Positions 1 through 12,968 of a stretch of 64,000 nucleotides of DNA are shown here, piece by piece; positions within the stretch are counted from its first letter, which is position 1; the number at the start of each line of letters is the position of its first letter. A program made the position numbers and the translations under genes. The stretch is from positions 806,001 to 870,000 of the forward strand of contig OZ059895.1 in the NCBI GenBank assembly GCA_964057225.1, read 5' to 3'. The notes under the pieces were generated by a model. That model was not told where the DNA came from, made no database searches, and saw nothing but the letters and a program-made list of their open reading frames with translations. The DNA comes from Auanema rhodensis (lineage: Eukaryota > Animalia > Nematoda).

Positions 1-3000
1 AATGCACTATACTACATTGAGAAACGCTTAATACAAAAATTAGTTATGATCGTTTGAAAAATGATGCATTAGTGTATGTTGAGTTTCCATGTACACTCAA
101 CATTGCTTCCAAAAACATTTTGACAAAAATTTTTTCGAAAAATTTCAAAATAATTTAGCAAAAAGTAGATGTTTTTAGATTTCATTTTTCAAGGCAAAGA
201 CGATAGACAATGTTATTCAACGAAAAAATTAATTCTTCAGGGTGAAAATCGAGGATATAAGTGTGAACTTATATCAATTGATATCTCGGTGCATTTTTAA
301 GCTAGCGCAAATCTGATAACACAGATCGACGCAGCTTAAAAATCCGCATCGAATGCACTATACTACATTGAGAAACGCTTAATACAAAAATTTGTTATGA
401 TCGTTTGAAAAATGATGCATTAGTGTATGTTGAGTTTCCATGTACACTCAACATTGCTTCCAAAAACATTTTGACAAAAATTTTTTCGAAACATTTCAAA
501 ATAATTTAGCAAAAAGTAGATGTTTTTAGATTCCTTTTTTCAAGGCAAAGACGATGGACAATGTTATTCAACGAAAAAATCAATTCTTCAGGGTGAAAAT
601 CGAGGATATAAGTGTGAACTTATATCAGTTGATATCTCGGTCCATTTTTAAGCTAGCGCAAATCTGATAACACAGATCGACGCAGCTTAAAAATCCGCAT
701 CGAATGCACTATACTACATTGAGAAACGCTTAATACAAAAAATAGTTATGATCGTTTGAAAAATGATGCATTAGTGTATGTTGAGTTTCCATGTACACTC
801 AACATTGCTTCCGAAAACATTTTGACAAAAATTTTTTCGAAAAATTTCAAAATAATTTAGCAAAAAGTAGATGTTTTTAGATTTCATTTTTCAAGGCAAA
901 GACGATAGACAATGTTATTCAACGAAAAAATTAATTCTTCAGGGTGAAAATCGAGGATATAAGTGTGAACTTATATCAGTTGATATCTCGGTGCATTTTT
1001 AAGTTAGCGCAAATCTGATAACACAGATCGACGCAGCTTAAAAATTCGGATCGAATGCACTATACTACATTGAGAAACGCTTAATACAAAAATTAGTTAT
1101 GATCGTTTGAAAAATGATGCATTAGTGTATGTTGAGTTTCCATGTACACTCAACATTGCTTCCGAAAACATTTTGACAAAAATTTTTTCGAAAAATTTCA
1201 AAATAATTTAGCAAAAAGTAGATGTTTTTAGATTTCATTTTTCAAGGCAAAGACGATAGACAATGTTATTCAACGAAAAAATTAATTCTTCAGGGTGAAA
1301 ATCGAGGATATAAGTGTGAACTTATATCAGTTGATATCTCGGTGCATTTTTAAGTTAGCGCAAATCTGATAACACAGATCGACGCAGCTTAAAAATTCGG
1401 ATCGAATGCACTATACTACATTGAGAAACGCTTAATACAAAAATTAGTTATGATCGTTTGAAAAATGATGCATTAGTGTATGTTGAGTTTCCATGTACAC
1501 TCAACATTGCTTCCAAAAACATTTTGACAAAAATTTTTTCGAAAAATTTCAAAATAATTTAGCAAAAAGTAGATGTTTTTAGATTCCATTTTTCAAGGCA
1601 AAGACAATGGACAATGTTATTCAACGAAAAAAATGATTCTTCAGGGTGAAAATCGAGGATATAAGTGTGAACTTATATCAGTTGATATCTCGGTGCATTT
1701 TTAAGCTAGCGTAAATATGATAACACAGATCGACGCAGCTTAAAAATCCGCATCGAATGCACTATACTACATTGAGAAACGCTTAATACAAAAATTTGTT
1801 ATGATCGTTTGAAAAATGATGCATTAGTGTATGTTGAGTTTCCATGTACACTCAACATTGCTTCCAAAAACATTTTGACAAAAATTTTTTCGAAAAATTT
1901 CAAAATAATTTAGCAAAAAGTAGATGTTTTTAGATTTCATTTTTCAAGGCAAAGACGATAGACAATGTTATTCAACGAAAAAATTAATTCTTCAGGGTGA
2001 AAATCGAGGATATAAGTGTGAACTTATATCAATTGATATCTCGGTGCATTTTTAAGCTAGCGCAAATCTGATAACACAGATCGACGCAGCTTAAAAATCC
2101 GCATCGAATGCACTATACTACATTGAGAAACGCTTAATACAAAAATTTGTTATGATCGTTTGAAAAATGATGCATTAGTGTATGTTGAGTTTCCATGTAC
2201 ACTCAACATTGCTTCCAAAAACATTTTGACAAAAATTTTTTCGAAACATTTTAAAATAATTTAGCAAAAAGTAGATGTTTTTAGATTCCTTTTTTCAAGG
2301 CAAAGACGATGGACAATGTTATTCAACGAAAAAATTAATTCTTCAGGGTGAAAATCGAGGATATAAGTGTGAACTTATATCAGTTGATATCTCGGTCCAT
2401 TTTTAAGCTAGCGCAAATCTGATAACACAGATCGACGCAGCTTAAAAATCCGCATCGAATGCACTATACTACATTGAGAAACGCTTAATACAAAAAATAG
2501 TTATGATCGTTTGAAAAATGATGCATTAGTGTATGTTGAGTTTCCATGTACACTCAACATTGCTTCCGAAAACATTTTGACAAAAATTTTTTCGAAAAAT
2601 TTCAAAATAATTTAGCAAAAAGTAGATGTTTTTAGATTTCATTTTTCAAGGCAAAGACGATAGACAATGTTATTCAACGAAAAAATTAATTCTTCAGGGT
2701 GAAAATCGAGGATATAAGTGTGAACTTATATCAGTTGATATCTCGGTGCATTTTTAAGTTAGCGCAAATCTGATAACACAGATCGACGCAGCTTAAAAAT
2801 TCGGATCGAATGCACTATACTACATTGAGAAACGCTTAATACAAAAATTAGTTATGATCGTTTGAAAAATGATGCATTAGTGTATGTTGAGTTTCCATGT
2901 ACACTCAACATTGCTTCCGAAAACATTTTGACAAAAATTTTTTCGAAAAATTCCAAAATAATTTAGCAAAAAGTAGATGTTTTTAGATTTCATTTTTCAA

Positions 3001-6000
3001 GGCAAAGACGATAGACAATGTTATTCAACGAAAAAATTAATTCTTCAGGGTGAAAATCGAGGATATAAGTGTGAACTTATATCAGTTGATATCTCGGTGC
3101 ATTTTTAAGTTAGCGCAAATCTGATAACACAGATCGACGCAGCTTAAAAATTCGGATCGAATGCACTATACTACATTGAGAAACGCTTAATACAAAAATT
3201 AGTTATGATCGTTTGAAAAATGATGCATTAGTGTATGTTGAGTTTCCATGTACACTCAACATTGCTTCCAAAAACATTTTGACAAAAATTTTTTCGAAAA
3301 ATTTCAAAATAATTTAGCAAAAAGTAGATGTTTTTAGATTCCATTTTTCAAGGCAAAGACAATGGACAATGTTATTCAACGAAAAAAATGATTCTTCAGG
3401 GTGAAAATCGAGGATATAAGTGTGAACTTATATCAGTTGATATCTCGGTGCATTTTTAAGCTAGCGTAAATATGATAACACAGATCTACGCAGCTTAAAA
3501 ATCCGCATCGAATGCACTATACTACATTGAGAAACGCTTAATACAAAAATTTGTTATGATCGTTTGAAAAATGATGCATTAGTGTATGTTGAGTTTCCAT
3601 GTACACTCAACATTGCTTCCAAAAACATTTTGACAAAAATTTTTTCGAAACATTTCAAATTAATTTAGCAAAAAGTAGATGTTTTTAGATTCCTTTTTTC
3701 AAGGCAAAGACGATGGACAATGTTATTCAACGAAAAAATTAATTCTTCAGGGTAAAAATCGAGGATATAAGTGTGAACTTATATCAGTTGATATCTCGGT
3801 GCATTTTTAAGCTAGCGTAAATATGATAACACAGATCGACGCAGCTTAAAAATCCGCATCGAATGCACTATACTACATTGAGAAACGCTTAATACAAAAA
3901 TTTGTTATGATCGTTTGAAAATGATGCATTAGTGTATGTTGAGTTTCCATGTACACTCAACATTGCTTCCAAAAACATTTTGACAAAAATTTTTTCGAAA
4001 CATTTCAAATTAATTTAGCAAAAAGTAGATGTTTTTAGATTCCTTTTTTCAAGGCAAAGACGATGGACAATGTTATTCAACGAAAAAATTAATTCTTCAG
4101 GGTAAAAATCGAGGATATAAGTGTGAACTTATATCAGTTGATATCTCGGTGCATTTTTAAGCTAGCGCAAATCTGATAACACAAATCGACGCAGCTTAAA
4201 AATCCGCATCGAATGCACTATACTACATTGAGAAACGCTTAATACAAAAATTAGTTATGATCGTTTGAAAAATGATGCATTAGTGTATGTTGAGTTTCCA
4301 TGTACACTCAACATTGCTTCCAAAAACATTTTGACAAAAATTTTTTCGAAAAATTTCAAAATAATTTAGCAAAAAGTAGATGTTTTTAGATTTCATTTTT
4401 CAAGGCAAAGACGATAGACAATGTTATTCAACGAAAAAATTAATTCTTCAGGGTGAAAATCGAGGATATAAGTGTGAACTTATATCAGTTGATATCTCGG
4501 TGCATTTTTAAGCTAGCGCAAATCTGATAACACAAATCGACGCAGCTTAAAAATCCGCATCGAATGCACTATACTACATTGAGAAACGCTTAATACAAAA
4601 ATTAGTTATGATCGTTTGAAAAATGATGCATTAGTGTATGTTGAGTTTCCATGTACACTCAACATTGCTTCCAAAAACATTTTGACAAAAATTTTTTCGA
4701 AAAATTTCAAAATAATTTAGCAAAAAGTAGATGTTTTTAGATTTCATTTTTCAAGGCAAAGACGATAGACAATGTTATTCAACGAAAAAATTAATTCTTC
4801 AGGGTGAAAATCGAGGATATAAGTGTGAACTTATATCAATTGATATCTCGGTGCATTTTTAAGCTAGCGCAAATCTGATAACACAGATCGACGCAGCTTA
4901 AAAATCCGCATCGAATGCACTATACTACATTGAGAAACGCTTAATACAAAAATTTGTTATGATCGTTTGAAAAATGATGCATTAGTGTATGTTGAGTTTC
5001 CATGTACACTCAACATTGCTTCCAAAAACATTTTGACAAAAATTTTTTCGAAACATTTCAAAATAATTTAGCAAAAAGTAGATGTTTTTAGATTCCTTTT
5101 TTCAAGGCAAAGACGATGGACAATGTTATTCAACGAAAAAATCAATTCTTCAGGGTGAAAATCGAGGATATAAGTGTGAACTTATATCAGTTGATATCTC
5201 GGTCCATTTTTAAGCTAGCGCAAATCTGATAACACAGATCGACGCAGCTTAAAAATCCGCATCGAATGCACTATACTACATTGAGAAACGCTTAATACAA
5301 AAAATAGTTATGATCGTTTGAAAAATGATGCATTAGTGTATGTTGAGTTTCCATGTACACTCAACATTGCTTCCGAAAACATTTTGACAAAAATTTTTTC
5401 GAAAAATTTCAAAATAATTTAGCAAAAAGTAGATGTTTTTAGATTTCATTTTTCAAGGCAAAGACGATAGACAATGTTATTCAACGAAAAAATTAATTCT
5501 TCAGGGTGAAAATCGAGGATATAAGTGTGAACTTATATCAGTTGATATCTCGGTGCATTTTTAAGTTAGCGCAAATCTGATAACACAGATCGACGCAGCT
5601 TAAAAATTCGGATCGAATGCACTATACTACATTGAGAAACGCTTAATACAAAAATTAGTTATGATCGTTTGAAAAATGATGCATTAGTGTATGTTGAGTT
5701 TCCATGTACACTCAACATTGCTTCCGAAAACATTTTGACAAAAATTTTTTCGAAAAATTTCAAAATAATTTAGCAAAAAGTAGATGTTTTTAGATTTCAT
5801 TTTTCAAGGCAAAGACGATAGACAATGTTATTCAACGAAAAAATTAATTCTTCAGGGTGAAAATCGAGGATATAAGTGTGAACTTATATCAGTTGATATC
5901 TCGGTGCATTTTTAAGTTAGCGCAAATCTGATAACACAGATCGACGCAGCTTAAAAATTCGGATCGAATGCACTATACTACATTGAGAAACGCTTAATAC

Positions 6001-9000
6001 AAAAATTAGTTATGATCGTTTGAAAAATGATGCATTAGTGTATGTTGAGTTTCCATGTACACTCAACATTGCTTCCAAAAACATTTTGACAAAAATTTTT
6101 TCGAAAAATTTCAAAATAATTTAGCAAAAAGTAGATGTTTTTAGATTCCATTTTTCAAGGCAAAGACAATGGACAATGTTATTCAACGAAAAAAATGATT
6201 CTTCAGGGTGAAAATCGAGGATATAAGTGTGAACTTATATCAGTTGATATCTCGGTGCATTTTTAAGCTAGCGTAAATATGATAACACAGATCGACGCAG
6301 CTTAAAAATCCGCATCGAATGCACTATACTACATTGAGAAACGCTTAATACAAAAATTTGTTATGATCGTTTGAAAAATGATGCATTAGTGTATGTTGAG
6401 TTTCCATGTACACTCAACATTGCTTCCAAAAACATTTTGACAAAAATTTTTTCGAAACATTTCAAATTAATTTAGCAAAAAGTAGATGTTTTTAGATTCC
6501 TTTTTTCAAGGCAAAGACGATGGACAATGTTATTCAACGAAAAAATTAATTCTTCAGGGTAAAAATCGAGGATATAAGTGTGAACTTATATCAGTTGATA
6601 TCTCGGTGCATTTTTAAGCTAGCGCAAATCTGATAACACAAATCGACGCAGCTTAAAAATCCGCATCGAATGCACTATACTACATTGAGAAACGCTTAAT
6701 ACAAAAATTAGTTATGATCGTTTGAAAAATGATGCATTAGTGTATGTTGAGTTTCCATGTACACTCAACATTGCTTCCAAAAACATTTTGACAAAAATTT
6801 TTTCGAAAAATTTCAAAATAATTTAGCAAAAAGTAGATGTTTTTAGATTTCATTTTTCAAGGCAAAGACGATAGACAATGTTATTCAACGAAAAAATTAA
6901 TTCTTCAGGGTGAAAATCGAGGATATAAGTGTGAACTTATATCAGTTGATATCTCGGTGCATTTTTAAGCTAGCGCAAATCTGATAACACAAATCGACGC
7001 AGCTTAAAAATCCGCATCGAATGCACTATACTACATTGAGAAACGCTCAATACAAAAATTAGTTATGATCGTTTGAAAAATGATGCATTAGTGTATGTTG
7101 AGTTTCCATGTACACTCAACATTGCTTCCAAAAACATTTTGACAAAAATTTTTTCGAAAAATTTCAAAATAATTTAGCAAAAAGTAGATGTTTTTAGATT
7201 TCATTTTTCAAGGCAAAGACGATAGACAATGTTATTCAACGAAAAAATTAATTCTTCAGGGTGAAAATCGAGGATATAAGTGTGAACTTATATCAATTGA
7301 TATCTCGGTGCATTTTTAAGCTAGCGCAAATCTGATAACACAGATCGACGCAGCTTAAAAATCCGCATCGAATGCACTATACTACATTGAGAAACGCTTA
7401 ATACAAAAATTAGTTATGATCGTTTGAAAAATGATGCATTAGTGTATGTTGAGTTTCCATGTACACTCAACATTGCTTCCAAAAACATTTTGACAAAAAT
7501 TTTTTCGAAAAATTTCAAAATAATTTAGCAAAAAGTAGATGTTTTTAGATTTCATTTTTCAAGGCAAAGACGATAGACAATGTTATTCAACGAAAAAATT
7601 AATTCTTCAGGGTGAAAATCGAGGATATAAGTGTGAACTTATATCAGTTGATATCTCGGTGCATTTTTAAGCTAGCGCAAATCTGATAACACAAATCGAC
7701 GCAGCTTAAAAATCCGCATCGAATGCACTATACTACATTGAGAAACGCTCAATACAAAAATTAGTTATGATCGTTTGAAAAATGATGCATTAGTGTATGT
7801 TGAGTTTCCATGTACACTCAACATTGCTTCCAAAAACATTTTGACAAAAATTTTTTCGAAAAATTTCAAAATAATTTAGCAAAAAGTAGATGTTTTTAGA
7901 TTTCATTTTTCAAGGCAAAGACGATAGACAATGTTATTCAACGAAAAAATTAATTCTTCAGGGTGAAAATCGAGGATATAAGTGTGAACTTATATCAATT
8001 GATATCTCGGTGCATTTTTAAGCTAGCGCAAATCTGATAACACAGATCGACGCAGCTTAAAAATCCGCATCGAATGCACTATACTACATTGAGAAACGCT
8101 TAATACAAAAATTTGTTATGATCGTTTGAAAAATGATGCATTAGTGTATGTTGAGTTTCCATGTACACTCAACATTGCTTCCAAAAACATTTTGACAAAA
8201 ATTTTTTCGAAACATTTCAAAATAATTTAGCAAAAAGTAGATGTTTTTAGATTCCTTTTTTCAAGGCAAAGACGATGGACAATGTTATTCAACGAAAAAA
8301 TTAATTCTTCAGGGTGAAAATCGAGGATATAAGTGTGAACTTATATCAGTTGATATCTCGGTCCATTTTTAAGCTAGCGCAAATCTGATAACACAGATCG
8401 ACGCAGCTTAAAAATCCGCATCGAATGCACTATACTACATTGAGAAACGCTTAATACAAAAAATAGTTATGATCGTTTGAAAAATGATGCATTAGTGTAT
8501 GTTGAGTTTCCATGTACACTCAACATTGCTTCCAAAAACATTTTGACAAAAATTTTTTCGAAAAATTTCAAAATAATTTAGCAAAAAGTAGATGTTTTTA
8601 GATTTCATTTTTCAAGGCAAAGACGATAGACAATGTTATTCAACGAAAAAATTAATTCTTCAGGGTAAAAATCGAGGATATAAGTGTGAACTTATATCAG
8701 TTGATATCTCGGTGCATTTTTAAGTTAGCGCAAATCTGATAACACAGATCGACGCAGCTTAAAAATTCGGATCGAATGCACTATACTACATTGAGAAACG
8801 CTTAATACAAAAATTAGTTATGATCGTTTGAAAAATGATGCATTAGTGTATGTTGAGTTTCCATGTACACTCAACATTGCTTCCGAAAACATTTTGACAA
8901 AAATTTTTTCGAAAAATTTCAAAATAATTTAGCAAAAAGTAGATGTTTTTAGATTTCATTTTTCAAGGCAAAGACGATAGACAATGTTATTCAACGAAAA

Positions 9001-12000
9001 AATTAATTCTTCAGGGTGAAAATCGAGGATATAAGTGTGAACTTATATCAGTTGATATCTCGGTGCATTTTTAAGTTAGCGCAAATCTGATAACACAGAT
9101 CGACGCAGCTTAAAAATTCGGATCGAATGCACTATACTACATTGAGAAACGCTTAATACAAAAATTAGTTATGATCGTTTGAAAAATGATGCATTAGTGT
9201 ATGTTGAGTTTCCATGTACACTCAACATTGCTTCCAAAAACATTTTGACAAAAATTTTTTCGAAAAATTTCAAAATAATTTAGCAATAAGTAGATGTTTT
9301 TAGATTCCATTTTTCAAGGCAAAGACAATGGACAATGTTATTCAACGAAAAAAATGATTCTTCAGGGTGAAAATCGAGGATATAAGTGTGAACTTATATC
9401 AGTTGATATCTCGGTGCATTTTTAAGCTAGCGTAAATATGATAACACAGATCGACGCAGCTTAAAAATCCGCATCGAATGCACTATACTACATTGAGAAA
9501 CGCTTAATACAAAAATTTGTTATGATCGTTTGAAAAATGATGCATTAGTGTATGTTGAGTTTCCATGTACACTCAACATTGCTTCCAAAAACATTTTGAC
9601 AAAAATTTTTTCGAAACATTTCAAATTAATTTAGCAAAAAGTAGATGTTTTTAGATTCCTTTTTTCAAGGCAAAGACGATGGACAATGTTATTCAACGAA
9701 AAAATTAATTCTTCAGGGTAAAAATCGAGGATATAAGTGTGAACTTATATCAGTTGATATCTCGGTGCATTTTTAAGCTAGCGCAAATCTGATAACACAA
9801 ATCGACGCAGCTTAAAAATCCGCATCGAATGCACTATACTACATTGAGAAACGCTTAATACAAAAATTAGTTATGATCGTTTGAAAAATGATGCATTAGT
9901 GTATGTTGAGTTTCCATGTACACTCAACATTGCTTCCAAAAACATTTTGACAAAAATTTTTTCGAAAAATTTCAAAATAATTTAGCAAAAAGTAGATGTT
10001 TTTAGATTTCATTTTTCAAGGCAAAGACGATAGACAATGTTATTCAACGAAAAAATTAATTCTTCAGGGTGAAAATCGAGGATATAAGTGTGAACTTATA
10101 TCAGTTGATATCTCGGTGCATTTTTAAGCTAGCGCAAATCTGATAACACAGATCGACGCAGCTTAAAAATCCGCATCGAATGCACTATACTACATTGAGA
10201 AACGCTTAATACAAAAATTTGTTATGATCGTTTGAAAAATGATGCATTAGTGTATGTTGAGTTTCCATGTACACTCAACATTGCTTCCAAAAACATTTTG
10301 ACAAAAATTTTTTCGAAACATTTCAAAATAATTTAGCAAAAAGTAGATGTTTTTAGATTCCTTTTTTCAAGGCAAAGACGATGGACAATGTTATTCAACG
10401 AAAAAATTAATTCTTCAGGGTGAAAATCGAGGATATAAGTGTGAACTTATATCAGTTGATATCTCGGTCCATTTTTAAGCTAGCGCAAATCTGATAACAC
10501 AGATCGACGCAGCTTAAAAATCCGCATCGAATGCACTATACTACATTGAGAAACGCTTAATACAAAAATTAGTTATGATCGTTTGAAAAATGATGCATTA
10601 GTGTATGTTGAGTTTCCATGTACACTCAACATTGCTTCCGAAAACATTTTGACAAAAATTTTTTCGAAAAATTTCAAAATAATTTAGCAAAAAGTAGATG
10701 TTTTTAGATTTCATTTTTCAAGGCAAAGACGATAGACAATGTTATTCAACGAAAAAATTAATTCTTCAGGGTGAAAATCGAGGATATAAGTGTGAACTTA
10801 TATCAGTTGATATCTCGGTGCATTTTTAAGTTAGCGCAAATCTGATAACACAGATCGACGCAGCTTAAAAATTCGGATCGAATGCACTATACTACATTGA
10901 GAAACGCTTAATACAAAAATTAGTTATGATCGTTTGAAAAATGATGCATTAGTGTATGTTGAGTTTCCATGTACACTCAACATTGCTTCCAAAAACATTT
11001 TGACAAAAATTTTTTCGAAAAATTTCAAAATAATTTAGCAAAAAGTAGATGTTTTTAGATTCCATTTTTCAAGGCAAAGACAATGGACAATGTTATTCAA
11101 CGAAAAAAATGATTCTTCAGGGTGAAAATCGAGGATATAAGTGTGAACTTATATCAGTTGATATCTCGGTGCATTTTTAAGCTAGCGTAAATATGATAAC
11201 ACAGATCGACGCAGCTTAAAAATCCGCATCGAATGCACTATACTACATTGAGAAACGCTTAATACAAAAATTTGTTATGATCGTTTGAAAAATGATGCAT
11301 TAGTGTATGTTGAGTTTCCATGTACACTCAACATTGCTTCCAAAAACATTTTGACAAAAATTTTTTCGAAACATTTCAAATTAATTTAGCAAAAAGTAGA
11401 TGTTTTTAGATTCCTTTTTTCAAGGCAAAGACGATGGACAATGTTATTCAACGAAAAAATTAATTCTTCAGGGTAAAAATCGAGGATATAAGTGTGAACT
11501 TATATCAGTTGATATCTCGGTGCATTTTTAAGCTAGCGCAAATCTGATAACACAAATCGACGCAGCTTAAAAATCCGCATCGAATGCACTATACTACATT
11601 GAGAAACGCTTAATACAAAAATTAGTTATGATCGTTTGAAAAATGATGCATTAGTGTATGTTGAGTTTCCATGTACACTCAACATTGCTTCCAAAAACAT
11701 TTTGACAAAAATTTTTTCGAAAAATTTCAAAATAATTTAGCAAAAAGTAGATGTTTTTAGATTTCATTTTTCAAGGCAAAGACGATAGACAATGTTATTC
11801 AACGAAAAAATTAATTCTTCAGGGTGAAAATCGAGGATATAAGTGTGAACTTATATCAGTTGATATCTCGGTGCATTTTTAAGTTAGCGCAAATCTGATA
11901 ACACAGATCGACGCAGCTTAAAAATTCGGATCGAATGCACTATACTACATTGAGAAACGCTTAATACAAAAATTTGTTATGATCGTTTGAAAAATGATGC

Positions 12001-12594
12001 ATTAGTGTATGTTGAGTTTCCATGTACACTCAACATTGCTTCCAAAAACATTTTGACAAAAATTTTTTCGAAAAATTTCAAAATAATTTAGCAAAAAGTA
12101 GATGTTTTTAGATTCCTTTTTTCAAGGCAAAGACGATGGACAATGTTATTCAACGAAAAAATTAATTCTTCAGGGTGAAAATCGAGGATATAAGTGTGAA
12201 CTTATATCAGTTGATATCTCGGTGCATTTTTAAGCTAGCGCAAATCTGATAACACAAATCGACGCAGCTTAAAAATCCGCATCGAATGCACTATACTACA
12301 TTGAGAAACGCTTAATACAAAAATTAGTTATGATCGTTTGAAAAATGATGCATTAGTGTATGTTGAGTTTCCATGTACACTCAACATTGCTTCCGAAAAC
12401 ATTTTGACAAAAATTTTTTCGAAAAATTTCAAAATAATTTAGCAAAAAGTAGATGTTTTTAGATTTCATTTTTCAAGGCAAAGACGATAGACAATGTTAT
12501 TCAACGAAAAAATTAATTCTTCAGGGTGAAAATCGAGGATATAAGTGTGAACTTATATCAGTTGATATCTCGGTGCATTTTTAAGCTAGCGCAA
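1..12594. repeat. 351-bp tandem satellite array, left block (~36 monomers, open at window start)
   Basis: AATGCACTATACTACATTGAG recurs at 1, 352, 703, 1054 and so on, every 351 bp (one 1-bp deletion near 3920). Copies are near-identical and differ by a few recurrent substitutions. The last monomer stops at ...TTAAGCTAGCGCAA (12594). Confidence 0.99.
12591..12594. repeat. Left copy of apparent target-site duplication GCAA
   Basis: The satellite reads ...CTAGC-GCAA-ATCTG. GCAA is present on both sides of the element (12591-12594 and 20213-20216). Its CAA also matches LTR bases 4-6, so the exact boundary is ambiguous. Confidence 0.75.
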
Positions 12595-12968
12595 GAATAT
12601 GGCTATAGATACTAAAATGAATAGTATAAATAAAGATAAATATATAATATAATTTATATAAAATATTAAGATAACAATTATTCATGAAAAAATTAAATAA
12701 AATGAATAATTTGAATAAAATGACCCATTGATAAAACAATCCATAGTAATCGCGCTCCATTTAGAGATTGTTGGTAAACAGTGAACTGTTGATAATCAAC
12801 TACCGTAATCTGATTAAAACAATATTTAGTTGTTTTTTTGTCCTAAAATTATTGTGATAAGGAATTTTTTTATATTTTTTTCAGTTTGGAATTTTCTCTT
12901 GAATTTTTTTGTATTTTTTTTTGTTTTTTTAAATAAATCTTTTTCTTTTTATTTTTCGTTCTTTGATT
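12592..12968 (+). repeat. 5' LTR (377 bp; lacks the first TGT of the 3' LTR)
   Basis: Matches 19836-20212 except C12758 vs T20002 (by eye). Ends ...CGTTCTTTGATT immediately before the PBS. Confidence 0.97.
12932..12937 (+). promoter_or_regulatory. Candidate polyadenylation signal AATAAA in LTR (copy at 20176-20181)
   Basis: AATAAA lies ~30 nt before the LTR end and is followed by U-rich sequence. The LTR is AT-rich and has other AATAAA hexamers, so the assignment is positional only. Confidence 0.4.

Noticed and set aside
170-255. Hammerhead ribozyme on the satellite minus strand (CUGAAGA ... GAAA)
   Set aside because: Core words are present, but I could not build stems I and II; the plus-strand CTGATAA is not CUGANGA.
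12751-12761. CGCGCTCCATT in the LTR resembling a Caenorhabditis germline-promoter motif
   Set aside because: Single short match recalled from memory, no partner motif identified, and altered in the 3' LTR.
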